DNA of 64,000 nucleotides from an uncultured delta proteobacterium (GCA_963727445.1 CAVSGI010000002.1:32001-96000); one strand, 5' to 3'. Shown: positions 24,786-34,819, counted from the first letter of the stretch. Notes: generated by a model not told the origin, from the letters alone. Numbers and translations: made by a program.

Positions 24786-24977
24786 TCAGACGGAGCAGGT
24801 CATGTCCTGGCCACAGCAGAGCGGGGACTTCACCTTGCCGTCGCCGTCGGGGCACTTCGCGATCGCGACCTTGCTGCCGTCGTCCTTGCTGATCGAGTCG
24901 TGCACCATTTCCTTGCCGCACTTGCCGCAGGTCATGTTCACGCTCATTCCACACTTGTCGCAGGTGTACGTAGCCAT
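24786..24977 (-). CDS. Small Cys-rich metal-binding protein, desulforedoxin/zinc-ribbon-like (63 aa)
   Basis: YTCDKCG...CGKCG...KCPDG...LCCGQDMTC. Confidence 0.75.
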   Translation of the reverse strand: MATYTCDKCGMSVNMTCGKCGKEMVHDSISKDDGSKVAIAKCPDGDGKVKSPLCCGQDMTCSV

Positions 24978-25016
24978 GCGCGGGAGCATACGAGAGAACG
25001 CCCTCGCTTCGAAGCG

Positions 25017-26618
25017 CTATTCGACGTCGATCATGGACGACTGAAGCGCTGGGCTCGCCATGGGGCTGGTGGCCGAAAGGCCGCTGGGGAGCGTGCCATC
25101 GGAGTTGCGGATGAGGATACAGCCCGCGCCGCCGCCGCCGCCGCCACCGTTGGTGCCGGAGCTGGTGCGGCTCGTGCCCGCTTCACCGTCGATGGGATCG
25201 CCACCGCCGTCGCCTCCGGGGGCCCCGTAGTTGGAGCCGTCGAAGCAGCTGTTCCCACGCCTGCCGCCCGGAGGTCGCGTCGCGTCGTCCCGCCCGTCGG
25301 TCCCCCACCCGCCATAACCCCGACCGGCGCACCCGGCGCCGCCGCCACCGCCACCGCCATTGGCCCGCAAGAACCCACTCATTTCGATGGTGACCGTCTC
25401 TGCCTCGAGGAGCACGGCGCCGCCGCTACCGCCGCCGCCGCCCGAGCCGATGTTGCCCGAGTCGTCGCCGCCCCGACCGCCGCCACCGCCCGCATAGATG
25501 GCCCCGCGCACGCGGAGCTGGCCTCGCACCGAGATTTGGAGCGCACCGCCGCCGGCGCCGCCGCCGCCGCCGCCACCTTGTCCGCGACCACCAGCCCAGC
25601 CGCCGCCGAGAGGCACGAGATCCCAGGAAGCGCCGACCGCGCTCCCCCCGGCACCGCCCGCGGCACCACCGCCACTGCCGCCCGTACCGCCATCGCCTCC
25701 GGCGCCACAGAGCCCGCCACCGCCACCGCCGCCGTCGTCATAGGTGTTCGCGTGCGAACCGTTGGTACCGAAGCCCGAGGCCGAAACGGTGGTGGGCGCG
25801 CCAGGTGCGTACCCGCCCGGCCCCGGTGTATTGCGCACCGCCGACACGTCGATGTCGCCGTCGATGTGAACGCGGTCCGAGGCGAGGATCACCAGGGGTC
25901 GCGGGCCCCGCACCGTCAGCGTCCGGCCCGATTGCACTGTCAGACGACGCACGCTCACGATGCAGAGCTCGGGGAAGCCCATGCCCTGAGTCGCCGTCGA
26001 CGGCGTGCCCGGCAGGGAGGTGCACATCCCGGTGTCCCACGTCGTGTCGGCGTCGATGGTGACGTCACCCGACGAGACGAAGAGCGAGCTGCTCACGTTG
26101 CTCGGCGCGAGGGCGAGGCAGTGCGCGCCGCCCACGTCGGAGCACCCGAGGGCGCAGCCGCTGGAAACCCACGTCCCGGCGCTGCAGGTCTCGAGCATCA
26201 TGCCGCTCGCGCAGCGCGTCATACCGTCGGTGCACGCGGGAGCGTCGGGCATCGCATCGATGGCGGCGTCCATCATGGCGTCCATCGTGGCGTCCATCGT
26301 GGCGTCCATGGAGCCGTCGCCCGCCATGGCGTCCATCGCGCCATCCCCCATCGCACCGTCGCCAGCCGACGAGTCCATCGTCGACGAATCGCCCGCGTCG
26401 CCCGTCGTCCCGTCGCTGCCGCCATCGAGGATGCCCGTGTCGCTCGGGGACGAATCCGGGGACACGGCGGTGTCCCCATCCATGGCCGCGTCCGGCATCA
26501 CGGCGTCTGCGCCCGAGTCGGCGGCGCTGGTGTCTCCCCCGGGGCTGATCGACGAGGAATCGAGGGAACAGGCCGCGAGGCCCAAGGCGAAGAGGGGGAG
26601 GAAAAGCCGAAGGGTCAC
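25017..26618 (-). CDS. Gly-rich surface lipoprotein with MDAT-repeat linker
   Basis: Lipobox LAAC; MDAT 12-bp repeats near 26270-26310; GGGGGG-rich C-terminal domain with GGGSGGAVLLEA. Confidence 0.75.
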   Translation of the reverse strand: MTLRLFLPLFALGLAACSLDSSSISPGGDTSAADSGADAVMPDAAMDGDTAVSPDSSPSDTGILDGGSDGTTGDAGDSSTMDSSAGDGAMGDGAMDAMAGDGSMDATMDATMDAMMDAAIDAMPDAPACTDGMTRCASGMMLETCSAGTWVSSGCALGCSDVGGAHCLALAPSNVSSSLFVSSGDVTIDADTTWDTGMCTSLPGTPSTATQGMGFPELCIVSVRRLTVQSGRTLTVRGPRPLVILASDRVHIDGDIDVSAVRNTPGPGGYAPGAPTTVSASGFGTNGSHANTYDDGGGGGGGLCGAGGDGGTGGSGGGAAGGAGGSAVGASWDLVPLGGGWAGGRGQGGGGGGGAGGGALQISVRGQLRVRGAIYAGGGGGRGGDDSGNIGSGGGGGSGGAVLLEAETVTIEMSGFLRANGGGGGGGAGCAGRGYGGWGTDGRDDATRPPGGRRGNSCFDGSNYGAPGGDGGGDPIDGEAGTSRTSSGTNGGGGGGGAGCILIRNSDGTLPSGLSATSPMASPALQSSMIDVE

Positions 26619-26636
26619 AGACTCACAGGATAGCGC

Positions 26637-27869
26637 TCAGCGCGTGAAACGGGAAACCGGACGAAAGTCGGCCCTGCCCGTACCCAACTGTCGGTCCAGC
26701 CACCGTTTCCGCGCGGCGCGGGCGCGTCGGTCGGCCACCTCGTCGAGCTGCGGGAAGCGGCGCCGCAGCGTCTCGGCGGTGAAGATGAAGGGCGACTGCG
26801 CGAGCGGGTGCAGGGCGAAGAGCCCTGCCGGCGGCAACCCGAAGCTCTGGTAGAGGGGCGGCGGCAGGAAGAAGCGCGTGTAGCCCAGATGGAGGCGATG
26901 CTCGAGCTCCTGTCGCACCCGGTCGAAGGTCGTCCCCCGGGCGCTCGGCCGGAACGCGTCCACGTAGGACTGGCAGAGGCGGCGGCCATCCTCGCCGGCC
27001 TGCTCGGCGCGCTTGAGGTGCGTGACGAACGCGAGCTGAATCGCTTCGCGCACGCTCTCGGGGTAGACGCGCGGTCGCACGCCCATCACGTGACCGACGT
27101 ATCGCCAGAAATGCATCATGGCGTGGATCTCGTCGACCGTGGGCCGGTAGCCCATGGTCTGCATGGCCAGGCCGGGAGCGACGCTTCCGCCCATGAGTGT
27201 GAGGAGCGCGTCCGCCTGGCTGATGGGCACACCCCACGCGTCGAGATCCCACTCCGGATGCGCGAGCAACCGCTGCCGCACGAAGACGTGCATGATGCGC
27301 ACCCGCAGGGCGGCGGCGCGACCGGGTGCGCCGGGCGCCATCCCGCCCGGCTCGGAGACGTCGATCCAGAAGGACGCCGTCTCGAGGAAGCGGTGGCGCG
27401 TGCTCGCCCCGGCGTAGGCGCCGGTCAACGCCAGCGGCTTGGCGACCGAGCTCTCGGTGTATGCCGCGAGGGTGATGGCACCGGCGAAATGAAAGACGGC
27501 GGTGCCGTAGCGCCGAAAGGCGCGGGCCCCGCGCTCGACGAGCGCGTGATCGACCCAGCCCGGATCCTCTTCGATGTCTGCGAAGAGGCGCCGCAGTGAT
27601 ACGGGCGCGTCGGGAATCGAGGACACACCCTCACAGAGCGCGCGATCGAGCATGCGACGTCCTTCGTCGGCGCCGCGCTTTTCGTAGACCTCCTCGACGA
27701 ACGCCTCCGCGAGCGGATCGGCGTCGTAGTACATTTCGGCGAAGGTCCGGACGAAGTCGTCGGAGGGCGCCGGATCGAACCCGAGGATGGCGCGGGCGAG
27801 CTTGCGCAGGCGCCGGACGCTCGGTGCCTCGATTCGATCCCAGTAACGGAACTCGCTTGGAATTGTCAC
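26637..27869 (-). CDS. Oxygenase MpaB/Lcp-like (DUF2236) family protein
   Basis: DPLA, RFLETA.F, LRVRIMH.FVR, WGVPISQAD, HFWRYVGHVMGV; GTG start inferred. Confidence 0.82.
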   Translation of the reverse strand: MTIPSEFRYWDRIEAPSVRRLRKLARAILGFDPAPSDDFVRTFAEMYYDADPLAEAFVEEVYEKRGADEGRRMLDRALCEGVSSIPDAPVSLRRLFADIEEDPGWVDHALVERGARAFRRYGTAVFHFAGAITLAAYTESSVAKPLALTGAYAGASTRHRFLETASFWIDVSEPGGMAPGAPGRAAALRVRIMHVFVRQRLLAHPEWDLDAWGVPISQADALLTLMGGSVAPGLAMQTMGYRPTVDEIHAMMHFWRYVGHVMGVRPRVYPESVREAIQLAFVTHLKRAEQAGEDGRRLCQSYVDAFRPSARGTTFDRVRQELEHRLHLGYTRFFLPPPLYQSFGLPPAGLFALHPLAQSPFIFTAETLRRRFPQLDEVADRRARAARKRWLDRQLGTGRADFRPVSRFTR

Positions 27870-27923
27870 CGCGTGCGAATGATAGCGCCTCCGATCGCGG
27901 GTGAGGTGTAGGCTCACCATGCG

Positions 27924-28973
27924 GTGACCCGTTCCGCCCCGGTACAGCGCATCGGCCATCTCCTCGACGATCCCGAGGTGACGGAGATCATGATCAACGG
28001 GCCCGAGCAGGTCTTCGTGGAGAAGCGGGGCCTTCTGCAATCGGTCGAGTCGCCGTTTCGCAACAAAGGCGAGCTCCAGGCGCTGGTCGACGCGCTGGTC
28101 CTGCCATCCGGCCGGTCGGTGACCGCCATGCAGCCCTTCGTCGATCTTCGGATGGCGGACGGCTCGCGGGTCAACATCGTGATCGCGCCCGTCGCCCTCG
28201 ACGGGCCGGTGGTCACCATTCGCCGCGCCACACCGAAGCTGTCGCAGATGGCGGACCTGGTACGCCTCGGCACCATCACCGAGGACCTCGCCTATTTCTG
28301 CTACCTGGCCATCCGAGCGCGGCTGAACATCGTCTTCAGCGGCGCGTCGGGCAGCGGGAAGACCACGCTGCTCGCGCTCATGAGCAGCTACATCCCGGAG
28401 GGCGAGCGGATCGTGGTTATCGAGGACACGGCCGAGCTGACGCTGGCCCAGTCCCACGTGGTGCGCCTCGAATGCCGGCCGCCGAACATCGAAGGCGCCG
28501 GCGCCATCCCCCTCGCACATCTGTTGCGCAACACCTTCCGCATGCGCCCGAACCGCATCATCGTCGGTGAGGTGCGCGGGCCCGAAGCGGTCGAGATGCT
28601 CCAGGCCATGACCAGCGGTCACGACGGCTGCCTGGCGGTGCTGCACGCAGGCACGCCCAGGGACGCCATCGCCCGGCTGGAGATGATGGTGCTCTCGCGC
28701 GGCCTCTCGCTTCCTGTCTGGGCGATTCAGCGACAGATCGGCGAAGCGGTGGACGTCGTGATCCAGCTCGCGCTGATGAACGACGGAAGCCGGCGCGTGA
28801 CCCACGTGACCGAGGTCGGCTTCGATCCAAAGGGCCCCGCCGTCACGCTACGCGACCTCTTCACGTTCGATCACGCAGCGAAGGCGATCGGATCGACTGG
28901 AACGGTCCCCGCCTTCATCGATCGGTTGCGCCGCGCGGATCCCGCCACGACAGCGCGCCTCTATCCGCCTTGA
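27924..28973 (+). CDS. cpaF: CpaF/TadA-family secretion ATPase (orphan)
   Basis: DPEVTEIMING, DGSRVN, SGASGSGKTT, IEDTAEL, RMRPNRIIVGEVRG.E, AMTSGHDG. Confidence 0.88.
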   Translation: MTRSAPVQRIGHLLDDPEVTEIMINGPEQVFVEKRGLLQSVESPFRNKGELQALVDALVLPSGRSVTAMQPFVDLRMADGSRVNIVIAPVALDGPVVTIRRATPKLSQMADLVRLGTITEDLAYFCYLAIRARLNIVFSGASGSGKTTLLALMSSYIPEGERIVVIEDTAELTLAQSHVVRLECRPPNIEGAGAIPLAHLLRNTFRMRPNRIIVGEVRGPEAVEMLQAMTSGHDGCLAVLHAGTPRDAIARLEMMVLSRGLSLPVWAIQRQIGEAVDVVIQLALMNDGSRRVTHVTEVGFDPKGPAVTLRDLFTFDHAAKAIGSTGTVPAFIDRLRRADPATTARLYPP

Positions 28974-28979
28974 TGGACC

Positions 28980-29396
28980 TCAGTCGAGGTTGTCGCGGAG
29001 GACGCGCAGCACGTCGACGTAGCTGACGAGGCCGACGAGGTCGCCGTTGTCGCTCTCGATCACCGGCACCGCACCGACCTTCTCGTCCACCATCAGGTCG
29101 ATGATCTCCTTGACGTCGGCGCCGCGATCCACGGTGAGGACGCCGCCCGTCATGAGCTCCGAGACCGGGCTCGACAGTCGCGCGCTGAGCTTGTCCATCC
29201 GCTCCAGGTCGGCGACGGTGTCGATACCCAGGCTACGAAAGTCGCGGTCGCTGAGCATGCCCGTCACCTCGCCTTCGTCCACCACCGGCAGGTGCCGAAT
29301 GGTGAGATCGGAGAGCAGCTTCAGCGCCTCGCCGATGCTGGTGGTGCTCTTCACGGTGACGACGTCGGTGGTCATGATCTCGTCTGCGTTCATCAT
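28980..29396 (-). CDS. CBS domain pair protein
   Basis: IMT..V, IRHLPVV, GMLSDRD, GAVPV, GLVSYVD. Confidence 0.88.
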   Translation of the reverse strand: MMNADEIMTTDVVTVKSTTSIGEALKLLSDLTIRHLPVVDEGEVTGMLSDRDFRSLGIDTVADLERMDKLSARLSSPVSELMTGGVLTVDRGADVKEIIDLMVDEKVGAVPVIESDNGDLVGLVSYVDVLRVLRDNLD

Positions 29397-29479
29397 TATC
29401 TCCGGATGAGGAGGATGTAGCCACATGGCCCCTCCCGTCCATAGTGGACAGGACGAGCGATGTGACTAAGTACGGGGTG

Positions 29480-30268
29480 ATGCTACGCACCCCCGTATCG
29501 GTTTTCATGACCCGCGAGCCCGCCACCATCCGGTCGGGCACCACCCTGGAAAAGGCGGCGGACGAGCTCGACCGACGGCGCGTCTCGGCGATGCCCGTTG
29601 TCGACGAAGGAGCGCGCGCCATCGGCGTCATCAGCCGGCGAGACCTGCTCGAGGCCGGCAAGCTCGTCCGACCCCAGGGGCGCGGGGTGGCTGAATGGAA
29701 GCTGCCCGACCAGACGGTCGACGCGATCATGAGCAAGGAGCTCCTCACCGTCCCTCCGAGCACGGCCATCGGCGAGGCGGCATCGATCATGCTCGATCGC
29801 CACGTCCATCGGGTCTTCGTGGAGGTGGACCGCTCCCTCAGGGGCGTGCTCACCACCCGTGACGTGATGCAGGCGATCGTCGACCACAAGCTCGACCCTC
29901 CCGTGGAGCGATACATGCACGTGGGTGTGCACTCGATCGCGCACATCGGGCCGCTGGGCTTCGCGCGAAAGCAGCTCGCCGATCTCGACATCCGCGGCCT
30001 GATCGTCGCCTGGGAAGGCCGACCGGTGGGCATCTTCGCCGAAGAGGAGGCCCTCGCCTCCCGCGACCTCGATCCGGACACGCCCGTAGAGGTCGTCATG
30101 GGGCGCGAGGTGGTGATCGAGACGCCCAAAGTCCCGCTCCACCTCGCGGCCGGGCGCATGGCGAGCATGCACGCACGGCGCGTCGTCGTCGTCGACGACC
30201 TGGGCGAGTTGGTCGGCGTCCTCACGGGCTTCGACATGGCCGGCGCCGCCGCCCTCGACGGGCAGTGA
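29480..30268 (+). CDS. Four-CBS-domain protein
   Basis: VSAMPVVD..GVISRRD, HRVFV..GVLTTRD, RRVVVVD..GVLTGFD. Confidence 0.85.
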   Translation: MLRTPVSVFMTREPATIRSGTTLEKAADELDRRRVSAMPVVDEGARAIGVISRRDLLEAGKLVRPQGRGVAEWKLPDQTVDAIMSKELLTVPPSTAIGEAASIMLDRHVHRVFVEVDRSLRGVLTTRDVMQAIVDHKLDPPVERYMHVGVHSIAHIGPLGFARKQLADLDIRGLIVAWEGRPVGIFAEEEALASRDLDPDTPVEVVMGREVVIETPKVPLHLAAGRMASMHARRVVVVDDLGELVGVLTGFDMAGAAALDGQ

Positions 30269-32011
30269 TCAGGACGACTCGTCGTCCCAGGTGCCGGTCG
30301 GGGGCGTCTGAGATTCCGTTTCCGTCTCGCTCTGGGCCTCGCTCCCCGTCGTCGCGCCCGATTCCGCCCTGGTCTCTGAACCCGTCCCCACCTCCCTCCC
30401 CACTTCCGTCGCCGCCTCCAGGTGCTTTCCGAGTGCGTACAGCTCCTCCGCTGCGCGCGTGAGGTGCTTCGCCGCGCGGCGGGCTTCGCTCGCGACCTGC
30501 TGCCGGTAGAGCGCCTGCTCCGTGCCGCGGGCGCCGATGGCTGCGGTCTTGGCGTAAGTGCTGACGGCCTGCTGGTAGCGCGCGCCGAAGGTCTTGAAGT
30601 GCTCCTTCAGCGTCGCGAGGCTCGGGCGCGCCTTCGTCGCCAGGTCGGCGATCTCGCGCACGGCGCCGAGCAGCCAGGGGACGTCGACCAATCCGCTCTC
30701 GTCCGCCTGGGGGCGCTGCCGGAGCTCCGCGAGCTGGGCCGCCTGCTCGAGGACGATGTTCACGTGATGGGCGCTCCGCACCAGGTGACGCAGGCCCTCG
30801 GCGACCTCGCTGCTCATGGAGCTGCGGTCGAGGCGGGTGGAGAAGTCGCTGATCTTCTCGCTCAGCTGCCGGGTCACCTCGGTGTTGCGGGCGAGGGCCG
30901 CTGCGTCCGGGCGCGGGTCGGCGCAGGCCGCCTTCACCGCCCGAGCGGCGAAGGTCAGCACGCGCTGGCTCTCCAGCCGCAGCGCATCGACCGCGACGGC
31001 GGGAACGGCGAGCACGTTCGCGTCGAGGTGCAGCGCGCGGCTCTCCTCTTCCGTCTCGGTGACGAAGCGGTGTTCGAGGAAACGGGTGAGCGCGCCCGAC
31101 AGGGGCCAGATCAGCGCGACGCCCAGGAGGTTGAAAGCGGTGTGGAAGGCCGCGAGCTCCGTCGCCGGCCCGAGGTCGACATCCACCACGCGCAGGAGCG
31201 CGTCGATGCCGCGAAAGGCCACCGGCAACAGGAGGAACGCCACCAACGCTGCGAGCACGTTGAAGGCGACGTGGGCCATCGCCGTGCGCCGCGCGTTGGG
31301 CGTGGCGCCGATCACGCTGATGAGGGCGGTAGAGGTGGTGCCCAGATTGGCCCCGATCACCCACGCTCCCGCCTCGGTGATGGGGATCAAGCCAGAGGCC
31401 GCAGCGGACAGAGCCAGGGCGAGCGAAGCGCTCGATGACTGCGTGGCAGCGGTGAGCACCAGACCGAAGACCGCGAAGAGCAGGACGCCAGCGACGCCGC
31501 CCGGCGCGAGGGATGCCGGATCGACGCCGGCGGCGACGTCGCCGAACGCCGTCTTCATGAAGGCGAGCCCCAAGAAGAAGAGGCCGAAGCCCGCCACCGC
31601 CTGACCGATGGCGCCGATGCGCCGCGCGCCCCCGAAAGTCGACACGAGGGTCCCGATGCCGATCCCCGGCAGGGCGAAGGAAGCCAGGTCGATCTCGAGC
31701 CCGGTCAGCGCGACGAGCCAGCCGGTGACCGTGGTGCCGACGTTGGCGCCGAACACCACCCAGATGGCCTGGCCGAGGTGGAGCAAGCCCGCGTTGACGA
31801 AGCCGATGGCCGCGATGGTGACGGCGCTCGAGGACTGCACCAGCCCGGTGATCAACGCACCCGACAACAGCGCCCTAAAGCGCGTATCGGTGGCGCGCGC
31901 CAGGATGTTGCGGAGCGCGTCCCCGGCCGCGACCTTCAGCCCCTCGGTCATCAAGTGCATCCCGAGGAGGAAGAGGCCGATCCCGCCGGCGAAGGTTCCG
32001 AGCGTCACCAC
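30269..32011 (-). CDS. Na/Pi cotransporter family protein
   Basis: GIGLFLLGM, VQSSSA, GANVGTT, TQSSSA, GANLGTT, FHTAFN. Confidence 0.9.
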   Translation of the reverse strand: MVTLGTFAGGIGLFLLGMHLMTEGLKVAAGDALRNILARATDTRFRALLSGALITGLVQSSSAVTIAAIGFVNAGLLHLGQAIWVVFGANVGTTVTGWLVALTGLEIDLASFALPGIGIGTLVSTFGGARRIGAIGQAVAGFGLFFLGLAFMKTAFGDVAAGVDPASLAPGGVAGVLLFAVFGLVLTAATQSSSASLALALSAAASGLIPITEAGAWVIGANLGTTSTALISVIGATPNARRTAMAHVAFNVLAALVAFLLLPVAFRGIDALLRVVDVDLGPATELAAFHTAFNLLGVALIWPLSGALTRFLEHRFVTETEEESRALHLDANVLAVPAVAVDALRLESQRVLTFAARAVKAACADPRPDAAALARNTEVTRQLSEKISDFSTRLDRSSMSSEVAEGLRHLVRSAHHVNIVLEQAAQLAELRQRPQADESGLVDVPWLLGAVREIADLATKARPSLATLKEHFKTFGARYQQAVSTYAKTAAIGARGTEQALYRQQVASEARRAAKHLTRAAEELYALGKHLEAATEVGREVGTGSETRAESGATTGSEAQSETETESQTPPTGTWDDESS

Positions 32012-32063
32012 GATCGAAAGGCGGCCATGTCATGTCACCCGCGGCACACGGGCGAGCTGCGGC

Positions 32064-32801
32064 TCAACGACGACCGTCGAGACCGGAGTGGCAGATGGCG
32101 CACTTGGCGATGAGCTGGGCGTAGACACGCGCCTTGTCAGCGGGCTGACCCGCGTCGTGCGCCTCCTGGCCGAGCGCTCGGAGCTCCTCGAGGTGCGGGG
32201 TGAGGGCCTCGGCATCCTCCTCCTCGCGGAGGGCCTCCGCCTGCTCCGGCGTCATGGGGTCCTCCATGATCGCTTCGGCACCGCGCTCCCACGCCTCGTG
32301 CGAGGGGGCGGTGAGGCCGAGCCAGAGCTGATCGACGCCCCAGGCGTGGCGGTCCATCTCACCGCGGACGTTGTGCTCGTGAGGCGGCTGCTGCTCCGGA
32401 GGAATGGCCGGGCCGCCCAGCGTGGTGCGGTGGCAGTCCGCGCAGCTCTCGGTGAGCGCGGCGACGGCGTTGGCAGCCGCCTGGATGTCCGCGACCTCGG
32501 CGTAGCTCCCGGCCGAGTTCTGCATCTCGCCGACCCACTGCCGCCAGTCCCACGGCATGTCGTCACCATATTCGGTGGCGGCGATGCGCGCGAGCGGTGC
32601 TCGGACGCCCTCGAGGTCACCGTTGATCACGGCGTCACGGGCCGCGGCGACGTCGGCGAAATGCTCCCGCATGTGCTCCGGCGCGGTTTCGGTGTCCGCC
32701 GCTTGCTCGTCTTCAGCCGGCGGCGGCTCACTCGACTCGGTCTCCGTCGGAGTCTGCGTCCCGCCGCAACCGAGGAAAACGAGCAGGGCTGTCCATGTCA
32801 T
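32064..32801 (-). CDS. Diheme c-type cytochrome lipoprotein (two cytochrome c'-like helical domains)
   Basis: Lipobox FLGC; CADCH and CAICH, each at the end of a helical unit beginning HM/EM..H. Start could be GTG at 32810. Confidence 0.75.
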   Translation of the reverse strand: MTWTALLVFLGCGGTQTPTETESSEPPPAEDEQAADTETAPEHMREHFADVAAARDAVINGDLEGVRAPLARIAATEYGDDMPWDWRQWVGEMQNSAGSYAEVADIQAAANAVAALTESCADCHRTTLGGPAIPPEQQPPHEHNVRGEMDRHAWGVDQLWLGLTAPSHEAWERGAEAIMEDPMTPEQAEALREEEDAEALTPHLEELRALGQEAHDAGQPADKARVYAQLIAKCAICHSGLDGRR

Positions 32802-32863
32802 GAATCGCACGGCACCTAGGTACACGCTGCACCGACAGACGCAACCCCGAAAATCCGTGGCCT

Positions 32864-34819
32864 TCAGCGGGCGAAGGGGTGGCAGCTCTGGCAGGTGCTC
32901 GCGTCGGGGAAATGGCCCGTCGCCTTGTCCCGATGGCAGCTCACGCAAACGGAGCGTCGGGGTGGAGCGACCGAGTGACCGCGGTGACAGTCGGGGCAGC
33001 GCTGGTGCTGGGGCACCTGATGCTGAAGCGTCTCGGTGATGTGTTGATGACAGCTGGTGCAGGCGGGCGGGCTCTGGCCCACCGGCTGATGGCAGTTCTC
33101 GCAGGACGCGTGCGCGCCGGGCGCACCGGCGCCCGCGCGCGCTTGCTCCGCATGACACGACGCACAGGTGCCCCACCAGCCGCCCGCGGGGAAGGCGTGG
33201 TGAACCTGATGACACCCGGTGCAATCCCGATGGCGGCCGGTGTGCTCTCGCGACGTCTCTGCCTGATGACATCCGCGGCACGCGGGAACGTGACCCACGT
33301 CGTGCGCCGCGTGGCATCCGGAGCACGGTCCCGCGTGGATGCTGCCGGAAGGCCACGTCGCGTTGGCGTGCGCCACCTCGCCGTGGCAGCTGGCGCAGGC
33401 CGGCGTCTCGTCGAAATGGTGCGGCGTGTGGCAGGACGCGCAGACGCGGTGGGGCGGGGGGCTCTGACGGCTGGTCACCGTCCGCGCTTCCGTGCCGTGG
33501 CACCCGGCGCAGGCGGTGGTGCTCCGGCGCGTCGGATCGCCATGAGGATCGTGGCATGTCTCGCAGTCCTGATGCGGCGCCGGCTGATCCTCGAGCTCGG
33601 TATGGACGCCGGCGTGGCAGCCGTTGCACGCCGTTCGCGGGTTGGGGGCGCCGGCGTGCGCGTCGTGGCAGGCCAGGCACGAGCGATGCGCGTTGGGCGC
33701 GCCAGCGTGATGGATGTTCGAGTGGCACTCGACGCAGACCTCGGGGCCCGGAGGCAGCGAGTGTGGCTCGTGACACTGAAGGCACGCGTCGTGTCCGTTC
33801 ACCCGGGCGATGCCTGCCTCCTGATCCGTGTGGCAGGCGGCACATCCATTGGGATCGGCCCGGAAGACGTGCGGCGTGTGGCAGGTGCCGCAGCGTCCGT
33901 CGTGGGTGAGGCTCTGCGCGTCCACCGCGAGGCCAGCGTCGGAAGGTGACGTGGTGGCCGACGCCCAGAGGCTCTCGCCGCTGCGCCGCCGCTCTCCCGG
34001 CCTGGGCGGACGGTGACACCGGAGACAGCTCACCGCCGGCGCGTCGCGCGGGGGGTGGGCGGTATGACAGGAGGGGCACCCGCGATGTCCCTCGGTGCCG
34101 GCGGCGATGTCAGCGGACAGCACCCCACGGTGGCAATGAACGCAATCCGCCTGCCCCACTGCGCTCTCATGGGGGTTGTGGCAGGTGCGGCAGTCGCCCG
34201 AGTCGTGAACGCTGTCGGCCGGGAGCTCGGCGGTCCAGGGCGCGATCTCGAGGAGCGCACCCGACGGGTGCACCGGCTGCTCGGGGTGCTCCTCGGCGCG
34301 GAACCCGTGGCAGGTCACGCAGTCACCATCGCCGAGCTCGACGTGGGTGGTGAGGTCGCGGTGGCAATTCTGGCAGGCTGGGGTGATGGGGCCGCCGTGA
34401 ATCGCGTTGGCGTGGCAGGAGGTACAGGGGACGTTCGCGTCGACGTGCGCTCGGTGGCCGCGGGTCTGCATCTGCCGGCGCCATCCACGCGCGTCGCCCT
34501 CGTGACACTGGCGACAGGTGTCCGGGTCGACGTCACCGTGTTCCGGCGGGCTCTCGTCGCCGCGCAGCGCCGCAAATGCGAGGGAAAAGCGCTGATTTTT
34601 CGGAACGGGATGACAGCTCTGGCAGGCGAGCTCCTCGTGGTCTCCGAGATGGGCGCCGCCGTCGGCGTGACACCCGGTGCACGCGGCGCGATCGGAGGCC
34701 ATGCGCTCCTCGGCGCCGGGCGCCCAGCCGAAGGCGAGGATCGCCGCCGCGCCCAGGGCGACGATCGCCGTGCCCACGACGACGCGCCGCCGCGTCGACC
34801 AGTTGCCCTTCGCGCTCAT
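32864..34819 (-). CDS. 29-heme multiheme cytochrome c with N-terminal signal or membrane anchor
   Basis: 29 CxxCH motifs counted in 651 aa; N-terminal hydrophobic helix after RRR. Confidence 0.92.
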   Translation of the reverse strand: MSAKGNWSTRRRVVVGTAIVALGAAAILAFGWAPGAEERMASDRAACTGCHADGGAHLGDHEELACQSCHPVPKNQRFSLAFAALRGDESPPEHGDVDPDTCRQCHEGDARGWRRQMQTRGHRAHVDANVPCTSCHANAIHGGPITPACQNCHRDLTTHVELGDGDCVTCHGFRAEEHPEQPVHPSGALLEIAPWTAELPADSVHDSGDCRTCHNPHESAVGQADCVHCHRGVLSADIAAGTEGHRGCPSCHTAHPPRDAPAVSCLRCHRPPRPGERRRSGESLWASATTSPSDAGLAVDAQSLTHDGRCGTCHTPHVFRADPNGCAACHTDQEAGIARVNGHDACLQCHEPHSLPPGPEVCVECHSNIHHAGAPNAHRSCLACHDAHAGAPNPRTACNGCHAGVHTELEDQPAPHQDCETCHDPHGDPTRRSTTACAGCHGTEARTVTSRQSPPPHRVCASCHTPHHFDETPACASCHGEVAHANATWPSGSIHAGPCSGCHAAHDVGHVPACRGCHQAETSREHTGRHRDCTGCHQVHHAFPAGGWWGTCASCHAEQARAGAGAPGAHASCENCHQPVGQSPPACTSCHQHITETLQHQVPQHQRCPDCHRGHSVAPPRRSVCVSCHRDKATGHFPDASTCQSCHPFAR

